From assembly GCA_038850275.1 (NCBI GenBank), contig JAWCLZ010000003.1, positions 28,194 through 92,193 of the forward strand: DNA of 64,000 bases, given 5' to 3'. The stretch is from Methanocellales archaeon. GTDB taxonomy: Archaea > Halobacteriota > JAWCLZ01. The position numbers and the translations under genes were made by a program. Position 1 is the first letter of the stretch. Every line of letters begins with the position of its first letter. Positions 9,425 to 19,249 of this stretch are shown here, piece after piece. A model generated the notes under the pieces. It did no database searches. It was not told the origin of the DNA and worked only from the letters and a program-made list of their open reading frames with translations.

Positions 9425-10549
9425 TTAGCTCTTTAAAAGTTCAAGTACTTCCTCGGGTTCATATTTCAATGTGATTATTCTAGTTTGACCGCGCTCGCCC
9501 TTGCTTGCCCCTTTAACATCGATCAATCTCAAAGCATCGAGTTTATTGACTAATTCATAGAAAATGGTATAGCCAAGTTTTGTCTTCGCTTGAAATTCCT
9601 TATATAAATCACCAGATCTAAATTCCCCCCTTGATTCAGCTAGAATTCTAAGAAGCAATTTTTCTTCATCCTTAAGTGATTTAATTGTGTATGCTAAATG
9701 AACTAGCCTTGATTTCTCATATGCTTTTTCCACGTCCTCTATAGAGATGGTTCTGCTTGCCCTTCGCTCTGCGTTGAAGCCTGCTCTCTTAAAGAGATCT
9801 ATTCCCACCCTCAAGTCAGCTGAGCTCATAACGCAGTCAACCACTTTATCTAGTACTTCATTTGAGACCACGCCAGGGTAGAAACCGTGCTTCACTCTAT
9901 ATGCAAGGATATCTCTAACCTCGTCTCTAGTGTAAAGCGGGAAATATATCTCTTCAGCTTGAAAAATTGACTGCACTCTTGGATCAAGGACTGAATTGAG
10001 ATTTAGCGAGAGATCACTTGAGATCGCTAGCACGCCTATCTTCGCGCCTGGCTGGGTTTCGTGGGCGCGTAGTAGTGAGTACAGCACGTCATTTACTTCT
10101 TGCTCATAGATTAAATAATTCATATCATCGAGAGCAACAATTAAAACCTTCTCCTTCTCCACAAGCTGCTTGGCGATATTTGAGAAGATTTTTTTAAAGG
10201 AAACACCTGAACTCGGCGGGGTGAAGCCAAAGATTGCATGGAAAATCTTGGAGAAAACTGCGTATCTAGTGGAATCAATCTTGCAGTTCACGTGAACTGG
10301 CACAACTTTTTGAGTTACACTTCGAATTTCCTCAAATAATTTTAAAACAGCGCTTGTCTTCCCTGTGCCAGGCGGGCCTAAGAGATAAGCATCAAGTGGT
10401 CTCATTCCGCGAAGCGCTGGCTTGACACTGAATTTGAGTGCTTCCATTTGCTTCTCGCGATGCAGAATATGTTCAGGCAAAAAGTCGAGCTCGAAGTATT
10501 CTTGATTTTTAAATATCGTTTCATCCCACATCAGCATATCTTTGACCAC
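9425..10549 (-). CDS. cdc6: Orc1/Cdc6 replication initiator
   Basis: AAA+ Walker A LLGPPGTGKT, Walker B VALDDMNYL, and a C-terminal winged helix. Confidence 0.9.
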   Translation of the reverse strand: MVKDMLMWDETIFKNQEYFELDFLPEHILHREKQMEALKFSVKPALRGMRPLDAYLLGPPGTGKTSAVLKLFEEIRSVTQKVVPVHVNCKIDSTRYAVFSKIFHAIFGFTPPSSGVSFKKIFSNIAKQLVEKEKVLIVALDDMNYLIYEQEVNDVLYSLLRAHETQPGAKIGVLAISSDLSLNLNSVLDPRVQSIFQAEEIYFPLYTRDEVRDILAYRVKHGFYPGVVSNEVLDKVVDCVMSSADLRVGIDLFKRAGFNAERRASRTISIEDVEKAYEKSRLVHLAYTIKSLKDEEKLLLRILAESRGEFRSGDLYKEFQAKTKLGYTIFYELVNKLDALRLIDVKGASKGERGQTRIITLKYEPEEVLELLKS

Positions 10550-10631
10550 GTAAATTACACCTTTTGGTAAATAGATGCACTACAAATTAAAGCTATCTAC
10601 TTATTATCTAAAAAGCAATATTTGCCCTCGA

Positions 10632-11377
10632 ATGTCAAACTCAAGCAATATACTTAATCTGGTTGCTGCTTGCGCGGTGGTTTTCTGCACTCAACTTGGT
10701 ACCTTCATGCGTGTTCCAGTGATACCACTCTATGCTGAGCAGTGTCTTTTTCACTATATCTCGCTCGCACGCCACTTGAAATCATGCTGATTTATTCAAT
10801 AGCAGGAATTGGCATTGCCTCATTCACTCTTTCAATAATTGCATTTATTGGCGATATCACGAGAATAGGATACCTAGGGAAATCCTATGGCTTGTTCACC
10901 ACTTTTATGCAGATTGGATAGCAACTGGACCAGCGATTGTGGACTCGTGGCAAGCGCAGTTGGATATCGCAGTTCCTTTCTATCTCTGGCTGCGTTATAC
11001 TCTTCGCAGCACTAGCTGCTGAGATATTACTACCCAACCCAGGCTTTTCTCCCAGTTTATGCAAATAAAATTGGAATAAGTATAATTGCAATAGGCTTGA
11101 TTCTCGCATCTCAAGCAGTTGGAAATGGGATCGCCAGGCTGCCGTTTCGCGCTCGTCAGATAGAACTGGCAGGAGGATGCCATTCATATTGCTTGGCTTA
11201 ATCGTAGCTTCGCTATCCGCTGGTTTACTTGCTTCCCTCGCTGGTTGGGCGAGTTAGTATCCACGCGGAATAGAGGTTTTGCTATGGGTGTTTACAGCAC
11301 TCGCTTTTACGGAGGCAGGCTTAATTGGAGCGCTAGGGGTGTATATACTTGCTGCACGCATGCAGAGGAAAAATTGA
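10632..11377 (+). pseudogene. Disrupted MFS transporter gene with at least 5 frameshifts
   Basis: MFS-like TM segments appear in successive different frames, each ending in a stop: MSNSSNILNLVAACAVVFCTQLGTFMRVPVIPLYA, then MLIYSIAGIGIASFTLSIIAFIGDITRIGYLGKSYGLFTTFMQIG, then GLVASAVGYRSSFLSLAALY, then AFLPVYANKIGISIIAIGLILASQAVGNGIARLPF, then RMPFILLGLIVASLSAGLLASLAGW, then EVLLWVFTALAFTEAGLIGALGVYILAARMQ. Confidence 0.6.
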
Positions 11378-11414
11378 TGCGACTGGAAACCTATTTTAGG
11401 TTAGTGAAATTGAA

Positions 11415-11627
11415 ATGATGGAAGTCATTGATATCTTAATCGTCTTCGGACTAATCCTCGCTGGACTGGGGATATCTGCTGTTAAAACCGAGCTTCTCTA
11501 TCAATATGAAATGAGGAGGATGAAGACTTGGGCTTATCAGAAGAAGAAATACCTCCGAGAGCTCGCTAAGGAGAAGAAAGAGAGGGAGAGGCTAAAGGAG
11601 GGGAGGATTGATAGCCCAAGGAAATAG
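11415..11627 (+). CDS. Small membrane protein with a charged C-terminus
   Basis: An N-terminal TM segment is followed by a Lys/Glu-rich tail. Confidence 0.35.
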   Translation: MMEVIDILIVFGLILAGLGISAVKTELLYQYEMRRMKTWAYQKKKYLRELAKEKKERERLKEGRIDSPRK

Positions 11628-11663
11628 TTTTAAAAGAGAGTTTAGAAAAAAGAGTTTCTAAAT

Positions 11664-12401
11664 ATGAAGGTTGTTTTCCTTGGCACAGGAGTGGTATACC
11701 CGGAGAATGATAGAGCTCAATCTAGTATTCTTGTGAAAACCAGAACTCAAGATATTTTGCTTGACTGTGGCGATGGAGCGCTGAGGCGTGTTTATGAAAG
11801 TGGTAATTCAATCGATGATATTGACCACTTGCTTTTAACTCATAACCACTTGGATCATAACGCTGACTTTTTATCCATAGTTCGAGCTAGGCAAGAGGTG
11901 GGGAAAAATTATTTGCATATCTATGGCCCAGTTGGTACTGAACAATTGCTCAGCATTTTGCTTGAGGCATATAACTTACAATTTGATGCTCAAATTAGAG
12001 AGCTTAGCGATTCTGAAGAAATTGAAATTGGAGAGCTAACTTTAGTCTGCAGGGAAGCAGTGCATAGTATACCAGCGCTTTGCTTTAAAATCCACGCTGA
12101 GGACAAAAATTTGATTTATTCTGGGGATACTGAGCCATGTGAAAACTTGAAATCGCTATGCAGAGACCAAGTTGATCTTTTAATACACGAATGCTCATTT
12201 CCAGATGGATTTGAAAAAGTTGGACACGCAACGCCTGAGCAGTTGGGGAGGCTAATCTCAAATCTCCCAGTTGAGAAACTTGCGATTACCCATCTATACC
12301 CTCAAGCTAGGGCAGTTCTAGATGGGGTAATTGCAAGCATAGCGAGATATTATTCTGGTGAGATAATAGTGGCTGAGGATCTCTTAGAGGTGGAAGTTTG
12401 A
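11664..12401 (+). CDS. MBL-fold metallo-hydrolase (RNase Z/ElaC-like)
   Basis: HxHxDH motif (LTHNHLDHNADF) and downstream His/Asp ligands. Confidence 0.75.
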   Translation: MKVVFLGTGVVYPENDRAQSSILVKTRTQDILLDCGDGALRRVYESGNSIDDIDHLLLTHNHLDHNADFLSIVRARQEVGKNYLHIYGPVGTEQLLSILLEAYNLQFDAQIRELSDSEEIEIGELTLVCREAVHSIPALCFKIHAEDKNLIYSGDTEPCENLKSLCRDQVDLLIHECSFPDGFEKVGHATPEQLGRLISNLPVEKLAITHLYPQARAVLDGVIASIARYYSGEIIVAEDLLEVEV

Positions 12402-13124
12402 ATGCAAGGGGTTATCCTAGCCGCTGGTAGGGGAAATCGATTGCGGCCTTTAACGGATTTTGTGGCAAAGCCTCTTTTACCAATTAAGGGCAAGCCTGCG
12501 ATTATCAGTGTGATTGAAAACTTAAGAGCAGCTGGTATTGAGGAGTTCATAGTTGTAACTGGCTATCTAAGTGAGCAGATCAAAAGATTTCTCTCCAGGG
12601 AAATTGAAATCGAAATTCAATTTGTTGAGCAGCTTGAGTTAACTGGAGCAGCAAATGCATTGCTCTGCGTGAGAGAGCTTGTTAAAGGGGATTTCTTAGC
12701 TTCTGCGAGTGATTGCTTGCTACCAGTGGAGTTTCTAAATTCACTTATAGCATTTCACTTTGCTGAAAAATGTGATGCAACCATTGCTTTGAAGCGTCTC
12801 GATGCAGAGCGAATGATGGAGTCAAGCACTGTTAAGTTGAGTGGGGATAATAGAATATTGCAAATTATAGAAAAACCAGCCAAGCATGAGATTCTAAGTG
12901 AGATTTCAGCTGCCCCAATTTACATATTCAAGCCAAGGGTATTTGAATTTCTATCTAAAGTTGAAAAATCACCACGTGGGGAATATGAGGTTCAAGCTGC
13001 TATTCAAATGATGATCCAAGCCAATCTATGCGTGAAGGGATTGATTGCTGAGCACTGGATTCATCTCTCAAATCTCAAAGATTTCCTCAAGCTGAATTTT
13101 GATTACATGGATGAACTGCTTTAG
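12402..13124 (+). CDS. Sugar-phosphate nucleotidyltransferase family protein
   Basis: N-terminal GVILAAGRGNRLRPLT, the NTP-transferase G-rich loop. Confidence 0.7.
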   Translation: MQGVILAAGRGNRLRPLTDFVAKPLLPIKGKPAIISVIENLRAAGIEEFIVVTGYLSEQIKRFLSREIEIEIQFVEQLELTGAANALLCVRELVKGDFLASASDCLLPVEFLNSLIAFHFAEKCDATIALKRLDAERMMESSTVKLSGDNRILQIIEKPAKHEILSEISAAPIYIFKPRVFEFLSKVEKSPRGEYEVQAAIQMMIQANLCVKGLIAEHWIHLSNLKDFLKLNFDYMDELL

Positions 13125-13126
13125 AG

Positions 13127-14023
13127 TTAAATAAGTTCTCTTAAATAGATCTTGTGCCTCCCGAGTTTTCCCCCGTAGTTACCAGCTGATATCTTTACAA
13201 CTCCAGGGGTGTTAATCCCAGCATTTATTGCTTGCTTCATTGCTTGCTTCACTGCTTCCATTGTTATGCCATTTATCACTATCTCAGGAATGGATTTCAC
13301 GCCATTTGGAACTCTAGATTCAGAGCCTAGTTTTTGCTTTAAAGTGGGGCAGTATGGATGATTTGTGGTTGGACCTATCTCGGGATATTTTGTCTCAGGC
13401 TTTGAGCCAGCACTGCAGATGTCAAAAGAGGTAATTGCGCCTTCTATTTTTTCAATTGCCTTAACTGCTTTCTCCCCAACCTTCAATGCCGCATTGATAC
13501 TAGTGCAGAAATACCAGATGTTGCCTCCCATGATTCCCTTTGCATATCCTAAGTAGCGCTCGATTTTAAAGTCATGGCCCATCATAATAGGCACATTTAT
13601 AACCTTCCTTCCATAGTACTCCTCTTCCCATTCATATCCATCGCCGCAGTGGCCAACTTTATCCATTATATCGATTTTTTTCTCAGAATCAGTGGCATTG
13701 AAAACTGCTGTGGTGGGAACCACTAGTATCCCTTGTCTAATCCTCTTGCCTAATTCAACCTCCAAGGTCTTAACTGCTCCCTCCCCGCCTAATATCCAGA
13801 TCTGGATCAATGCGCCAACTCTTCCATCTGGGGTTTGCTTTTTAGTCAGCCATCCTTCAATTCCACCTTCACTCTGGCCAAGTACAGTCAGAGGCAATGC
13901 AGTTGAAGAGAAAGCTGCACGTTGGAGTAATTTTTTATTCCTAGCGGTTATAAGCAAGCGAGAATATAGGCCATCGAAGGCCTCGCAATAGGTATCCTCT
14001 ATAATAGCCGCCATATCAAACAC
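13127..14023 (-). CDS. ftr: Formylmethanofuran:tetrahydromethanopterin N-formyltransferase
   Basis: 298 aa. Collinear with Ftr from N-terminus (IEDTYCEAFDG...LITA) to C-terminus (ISAGNYGGKLGRHKIYLRELI). Confidence 0.9.
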   Translation of the reverse strand: MFDMAAIIEDTYCEAFDGLYSRLLITARNKKLLQRAAFSSTALPLTVLGQSEGGIEGWLTKKQTPDGRVGALIQIWILGGEGAVKTLEVELGKRIRQGILVVPTTAVFNATDSEKKIDIMDKVGHCGDGYEWEEEYYGRKVINVPIMMGHDFKIERYLGYAKGIMGGNIWYFCTSINAALKVGEKAVKAIEKIEGAITSFDICSAGSKPETKYPEIGPTTNHPYCPTLKQKLGSESRVPNGVKSIPEIVINGITMEAVKQAMKQAINAGINTPGVVKISAGNYGGKLGRHKIYLRELI

Positions 14024-15001
14024 CTAATATTCCCTAGTTATCATATAGTTTGCCAGCTGCGCTAGGAGTGTTCTTGCGTGAGTTTGAGGCAGTACCTCGA
14101 GTTTTTTCTTTCCCTTTTCAACCATGAGCTTAGCTTTTCTCATGGCATATGTAATTGAGCCAGCTTGTTCAAGTATTTCAACTGCCCTTCCTATCTCGCC
14201 CTCGCTGGCTAGTTTGGCAAGTAAATTGAGATCTATACCTTTGGATTGCGCGTGTATCGCAACTAGTGTTTTCTTCTTCTCAATCAAATCACTTCCCCGT
14301 GGTTTTCCAAGTATCTCTTGCGGGGCGATTAGATCTAGGACATCATCTCGTATTTGAAAACCAATTCCAGTTACCAAGCCTATTTCATAAAGCGCATTTA
14401 CCTGCATTTCACTTCCCCCTCCCAGGAGCCCACCTATTGAGGTTGATGCAGCGAATAGCATGCCTGTTTTCTTGCGCACCATCTCTAAGTATTCCTTAAT
14501 GCTCACTGTTTCGCGCTTTTCAAAATCAAGGTCAAGCCATTGTCCTTCGCAGATCTCAGTGAGTGCTCTTGAGAGAATATCTATGCTGGCAACGATTCTC
14601 TCTGGTTGAGCCTTGGATTTAGCTAGGATCTCAAAGGCCTTGCAACATAGGGTATCGCCAGCGAGTATTGCACTTGAGGTATCCCATTTCACGTGCACCG
14701 CTGGTATGCCACGCCTGAGCTCGTCTTCATCCATTATATCATCGTGTATCAAGGTGAAGTTGTGCACTAGTTCAACTGCAACTGCTGCTGGTATTACATT
14801 TTCCGAGTTGCCCAGAACTGCCTCTGCAGCGAGCATGAGCATCACTGGTCTCAATCTCTTTCCCCCTGCATCAAGCAAGTGCCTTGAGGCTCTATAGAGC
14901 TCCTTAGGATGGGAAATTGGGAGATATTTTTTAATTGCTTCGTTAACTAATGCTGTTCTCTTTTTCAATTCAGCTTTTAAATCAAGTTCTTCAACTTTCA
15001 A
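14024..15001 (-). CDS. idsA: Polyprenyl (geranylgeranyl) diphosphate synthase
   Basis: FARM motif LIHDDIMDEDELRRG and SARM motif FQIRDDVLD. Confidence 0.85.
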   Translation of the reverse strand: MKVEELDLKAELKKRTALVNEAIKKYLPISHPKELYRASRHLLDAGGKRLRPVMLMLAAEAVLGNSENVIPAAVAVELVHNFTLIHDDIMDEDELRRGIPAVHVKWDTSSAILAGDTLCCKAFEILAKSKAQPERIVASIDILSRALTEICEGQWLDLDFEKRETVSIKEYLEMVRKKTGMLFAASTSIGGLLGGGSEMQVNALYEIGLVTGIGFQIRDDVLDLIAPQEILGKPRGSDLIEKKKTLVAIHAQSKGIDLNLLAKLASEGEIGRAVEILEQAGSITYAMRKAKLMVEKGKKKLEVLPQTHARTLLAQLANYMITREY

Positions 15002-15009
15002 GGTTTCAC

Positions 15010-16347
15010 CTACTCAAGAATTAATTCCTGGCCATTTCTAAGCACATGCAGGGTATCCCCAAGGATATAACCTGCTTCTTCAGCCATTTCTGCATATGAG
15101 CTATTCATATATATATCGCCGTGTGAGGGAATCACATTCTCAGGGCTAACCATTCGCAAGAGTTCCCAGTGGTCCTCTCTATATGCATGTCCTGAAACAT
15201 GCACATTGGTATATACCCTCGCTCTCTTCATCTTTAGCTTTGTTTCAATTGCATATCTATTAGCTTCATTCACTGGATTTGGTATTACATTAGCGGAGAA
15301 GATCACTCTATCATCAGGCTCTATTTTAAAAGGCGAGTCTCCATTTGCAATCCTATTGAGAACCGAGCCAGGCTCGCCTTGATGTCCAGTTGTGATTAAA
15401 AGATAATTAGCCTTTCCATCTTCCATTACTTGCTTTAGCATGCGATCTATATCTTTCTTATCCCCGCAGATCTTAACTTCTTGGTGCTCGAGATAGCCCA
15501 TTTTAATAGCTGTGCCGTAGTATCTCTCCATAGATCTACCCAGTAGTACTGGCATTCTCCCAATCTCCAAAGCTGCATCAACTATGGATTTGATCCTAGC
15601 TATATGGGAGGAAAAAGTGGTTACTATTATCCCTTTTTTTAAATCCTCCACCCCAAGTAGTGCATCAAATATTAATTCCCTTGCCACGCGCTCGGAGGGG
15701 GTTTTGCCTGATTTGCCTGCGTATATGGTTTCAGTTATCATAGCTATAACTCCCTGCTTTGAAAGCTGTCTGAGGCGAGAAGTATCAGGTGGTTCGCCTA
15801 GAACTGGCAAGCGATCTAATTTGAAGTCATTTGCATATAGCAGTATTCCCCCAGGGGTATGCAGTGCCACGAATACGCAGTCAATTATACTATGCTGTAC
15901 TCTAATGAACTCAGCTTGAATATCTGGGCTAATTTGATAGAATTCACCTGCTTTAAGTGGAATAACTTTATTTTCCACTCCAAATTTCTTCTCAGCAGCG
16001 ATCTCATGCTCTATAAGTGCTGAGGTATAAGGAGTGGAGATAATTGGAGCTGCGTAGCGATGAGCTAGCTTAGGCAACGCTCCAATGTGATCTAGGTGTC
16101 CATGAGTGCATATGATTGCCTTGATCTTTCCAGCTATGTCTTTTATAACGCTATCATCTGGAATGGCACCTATTTTTATTAAATCCATGGAGTGGATTTT
16201 TTCGATCTCAACATCTTCGTGGATCAAGACTCTATCAAGCCTTAATCCCATGTCAAAGATCACTGCTTCATCGCCAATTCTAACTGCAGTCATATTGCGG
16301 CCTACTTCATCGTAGCCTCCTATTGCTATTATTCCAATTTCAGTCAA
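15010..16347 (-). CDS. Archaeal RNase J-like beta-CASP ribonuclease
   Basis: MBL HxHxDH motif (THGHLDHIG), beta-CASP region, about 445 aa. Confidence 0.8.
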   Translation of the reverse strand: MTEIGIIAIGGYDEVGRNMTAVRIGDEAVIFDMGLRLDRVLIHEDVEIEKIHSMDLIKIGAIPDDSVIKDIAGKIKAIICTHGHLDHIGALPKLAHRYAAPIISTPYTSALIEHEIAAEKKFGVENKVIPLKAGEFYQISPDIQAEFIRVQHSIIDCVFVALHTPGGILLYANDFKLDRLPVLGEPPDTSRLRQLSKQGVIAMITETIYAGKSGKTPSERVARELIFDALLGVEDLKKGIIVTTFSSHIARIKSIVDAALEIGRMPVLLGRSMERYYGTAIKMGYLEHQEVKICGDKKDIDRMLKQVMEDGKANYLLITTGHQGEPGSVLNRIANGDSPFKIEPDDRVIFSANVIPNPVNEANRYAIETKLKMKRARVYTNVHVSGHAYREDHWELLRMVSPENVIPSHGDIYMNSSYAEMAEEAGYILGDTLHVLRNGQELILE

Positions 16348-16353
16348 TTTGAT

Positions 16354-17439
16354 CTACCTCGTTGAATAGTGCTTTATATTAAATCCCCTTTGCTCTAGAA
16401 ATTCCCTAGTTTTGCCCGTTATCACTAGTTGAGCTTTCTTCAAATCTTCTATGCAAGCGCAGCCACTCAAGAACATTGCAACTTTAAGTTCTTCCATGAT
16501 TAACTTAAGTTTCTCAATCACAGCTACCTCGCTCTTGAGCGCTGGCTTTAGCAATGGCAAGGCAATTCCACAGAGAGAGGCACCTAAGGCAATTGCTTTT
16601 GCAGCATCCAAGCCTGATCTTATTCCACCTGTGGCAATCACGTGCATGTCCTCACTAACCTTTGACTCCACGATGCTAACCGCAGTTGGAATGCCCCAGT
16701 TCCAGAATAATTTACCAAGGCTTTCTCTAACTGCATTTTTCTCAGCAACTGCTCTATAATATTCCACTCCCGCAAAGCTAGTACCGCCTAAGCCTCCAAC
16801 GTCAATCGCGGCTACCCCTGCTTTTTTCAATTCCCAAGCAACTTTATGTGAGATCCCAGCACCGGTTTCTTTAACGATTATGGGAACTTTGCTGGCTTTG
16901 CATATCTCCTTAATCTCCGCGAGCACGCCTTTAGCATTAACATCCCCCTCAAGCTGAATTGCCTCCTGCAAGAAGTTGAGGTGAATTGCCATCGCATCTG
17001 CATCTATCATTTCAATTGCCCTCTCTATGCCCTCAATTCCATATTTCCTTAGCTGTGCAGCGCCAAGATTGCCATATATAAAAGCACTGGGGGCATAATC
17101 CCTAACCACTCTATATGTATCTTCTAAACTGCTGTTCTCGAGAGCAGCCCTCTGACTTCCAACTCCTATGCCTATTCCCAGTTCTTCAGCTGCTTTAGCA
17201 AGTGCTATGTTTACTTTTTTTGTATCCTTGTGCCCCCCAGTCATTGATGCTATTAGCAATGGTGCCTTAAATTCATGTTCCAAGAAGTTTATGGAATATT
17301 CAATGACATCTTTATCCACCTCTGGGAGTGCATTGTGAATTAGGTATATATCCTCAAATCCACTCCACTTTGACTCAACCTCTTTCTCAGCGCAGATATA
17401 TAGATGTTGAATTTTGCGATTTGATGTCTCGCGAGACAT
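16354..17439 (-). CDS. fni: Isopentenyl-diphosphate delta-isomerase, type 2 (FMN-dependent)
   Basis: IDI-2 TIM-barrel signatures. ATG at 17439 (MSRETSNRKIQHL...) is the likely start. The ORF track extends to an upstream GTG at 17457 that overlaps the tandem repeat. Confidence 0.85.
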   Translation of the reverse strand: MSRETSNRKIQHLYICAEKEVESKWSGFEDIYLIHNALPEVDKDVIEYSINFLEHEFKAPLLIASMTGGHKDTKKVNIALAKAAEELGIGIGVGSQRAALENSSLEDTYRVVRDYAPSAFIYGNLGAAQLRKYGIEGIERAIEMIDADAMAIHLNFLQEAIQLEGDVNAKGVLAEIKEICKASKVPIIVKETGAGISHKVAWELKKAGVAAIDVGGLGGTSFAGVEYYRAVAEKNAVRESLGKLFWNWGIPTAVSIVESKVSEDMHVIATGGIRSGLDAAKAIALGASLCGIALPLLKPALKSEVAVIEKLKLIMEELKVAMFLSGCACIEDLKKAQLVITGKTREFLEQRGFNIKHYSTR

Positions 17440-17447
17440 ATTCTTTG

Positions 17448-17566
17448 CTTTATTCACCTTTTATTAACGTACCTCTTGCTTTATTCACCTTTTATTAACG
17501 TACCTCTTGCTTTATTCACCTTTTATTAACGTACCTCTTGCTTTATTCACCTTTTATTAACGTACC
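17448..17566. repeat. Perfect tandem repeat, 31-bp unit x about 3.8
   Basis: CTTTATTCACCTTTTATTAACGTACCTCTTG is repeated head-to-tail at 17448, 17479, 17510 and 17541 (last copy partial). It fills the ipk-idi2 spacer. On the minus strand each unit carries TAATAA and AAAGGTGA. Confidence 0.9.
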
Positions 17567-18319
17567 AAAATTCTCCTCACCGCTTAAAAAGGCTTCTACA
17601 TATCCCTTTTTAGCTGCATTGAATATTCTAGACTTAATCCCTGCTTTAGCAAGCTCTATAAGCTCTTCAACCTTCCCAAGCATTCCCCCTGTTACATCGA
17701 TGTCTTTTGAATTCCATAGATTTAGTGCTTTAAAAGACTGAGGCGTTATCACTGGAATTAAAACGCCATTTTTATCAAGCACCCCTTCGACATCTGTGCC
17801 TAAGCCGATTTGTTTAGCTTTGAATTGCTTCGCTAGGTATACTACTATTTGATCGCCGGATAAAATACCCACGCCTTTTTTAACATCCATTGCTACATCG
17901 CCGTGGAGCACTGGGAGGATATCCTTCTCAAGCATTGTTTCTATAACTTTACATTCAAATGAAACTATCCTTCCATCTTTTAAAGTTGCAGAGGAAAAAG
18001 GATGAACTGGCGCTGCTTTAACGCCCTGTTCTAACAGTGCTTTGATGAAGCAGTCATTTAAATTCCTCACAGCCTCGTGGGTTATTAATACCCCTGCGAA
18101 GTTTTCATTCCTCAAACCCTGGGTTAGCTTATAGGCCTTTGCTTGAGGGTGACCTTGTGAACCCGCGCCATGCACGAGTATTAGATTCTCAGATTTTGAA
18201 GCAATCTCGCTAGCGATTCTCTTGATCTCCTCTAGCTTAAGCCCACCTGCAGTTTTCTTTTCAGTGAGCACGCTTCCACCAATTTTTAAAATCCTCAGCT
18301 TTTTCCCTTCTTTCATCAA
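17543..18319 (-). CDS. ipk: Isopentenyl phosphate kinase
   Basis: Amino-acid-kinase fold (LKIGGSVLT, LVHGAGSQGH). Confidence 0.85.
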   Translation of the reverse strand: MMKEGKKLRILKIGGSVLTEKKTAGGLKLEEIKRIASEIASKSENLILVHGAGSQGHPQAKAYKLTQGLRNENFAGVLITHEAVRNLNDCFIKALLEQGVKAAPVHPFSSATLKDGRIVSFECKVIETMLEKDILPVLHGDVAMDVKKGVGILSGDQIVVYLAKQFKAKQIGLGTDVEGVLDKNGVLIPVITPQSFKALNLWNSKDIDVTGGMLGKVEELIELAKAGIKSRIFNAAKKGYVEAFLSGEENFGTLIKGE

Positions 18320-18333
18320 TCATTACCCTTCTT

Positions 18334-19239
18334 TCATTCAACCATTACCCCTATATCAGTTGCTCTTGTTTCAATGGCTTTGAAGCCTAAAGCGGAGATG
18401 GCTGAGATTATATCTTGCACGCGTGCTCTAGAGCAAATTGCAAACATGCATCCACCGCCCCCTGCACCCGTAAGCTTCGCTCCATATGCCCCTGCTTTTC
18501 TCGCAACATTGCACATCGTTGAGAGCTGCTCTGTGCTAACTCCAAGAGCTTCAAGCAAGCTTTGATTCATATTCATAAGCCTCCCAACAGCTTGATAGTC
18601 AGCTTTCTCTAGATATTGCAAGCCAGTTTTTGAAATATTGCCAATTGTTTTAATAATCCCTTGAGTTATCTCTGGATATTCTAGGTTCAAACTTCTAACC
18701 CTAGCTATCATTTCCTTGGTTGAAGATGGCTTGCAGGAATCCCCTATTACCATGCCCACATCGATAGCGCTGAATCGCTTTCGCTCTGGAATTACCACGA
18801 TTCCTCCAAATGTTGATACATAGGTATCTGTGGGACTTGCTGCACCTTGTACTTCATATTCAACTTCATGTCCAAGTCTAGCTATCTCATCCAAGTTAAG
18901 CCCTAATTTAAATTCTGCATTAAGCGCAGCTAGGGTTGCAACTGTAACAGCAGCCGAGGATCCAAGATGTGCCTCCGCTGGTATTTGAGATTTTATTTCA
19001 ATTTTAACTTTATTTGATATCTTCTTGCATTCTTTGATCTTCTCAATTGCTTTAATTACATATGGGTAGCTCTCAGCTTTATAGTTGGAATGAATCTCAG
19101 CCTCAAAAGCCCCTGAGTTATGCACTTCTACTTTAACCTTAGTTCTCAGATCTATTGCGCATGCAACTGCATTCTCTCCATATACAACCGCGTGCTCCCC
19201 AAAAAAATAGATCTTGCCAGGAGCTGAGCAGACCTTCAT
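18334..19239 (-). CDS. mvk: Mevalonate kinase (GHMP kinase)
   Basis: PGKIYFFGEHAVVYG N-terminus, GHMP motif LGSSAAV, and C-terminal KLTGAGGGGC. Confidence 0.8.
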   Translation of the reverse strand: MKVCSAPGKIYFFGEHAVVYGENAVACAIDLRTKVKVEVHNSGAFEAEIHSNYKAESYPYVIKAIEKIKECKKISNKVKIEIKSQIPAEAHLGSSAAVTVATLAALNAEFKLGLNLDEIARLGHEVEYEVQGAASPTDTYVSTFGGIVVIPERKRFSAIDVGMVIGDSCKPSSTKEMIARVRSLNLEYPEITQGIIKTIGNISKTGLQYLEKADYQAVGRLMNMNQSLLEALGVSTEQLSTMCNVARKAGAYGAKLTGAGGGGCMFAICSRARVQDIISAISALGFKAIETRATDIGVMVE

Positions 19240-19249
19240 TTTGCGAACC

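Noticed and set aside
9333-10620. Replication origin (ORB or mini-ORB repeats) flanking orc1/cdc6.
   Set aside because: No repeated ORB-like boxes or long AT-rich non-coding spacer were found. The downstream side is a short A/T terminator stretch. The upstream side is a degraded coding sequence (the MFS pseudogene).
17448-17566. Possible CRISPR array (regularly repeated 31-bp unit). The same was considered for the repeats at 28950, 49825 and 50166.
   Set aside because: Copies are directly contiguous with no intervening spacers. There are only 3-4 copies and no cas genes. These are simple tandem repeats.
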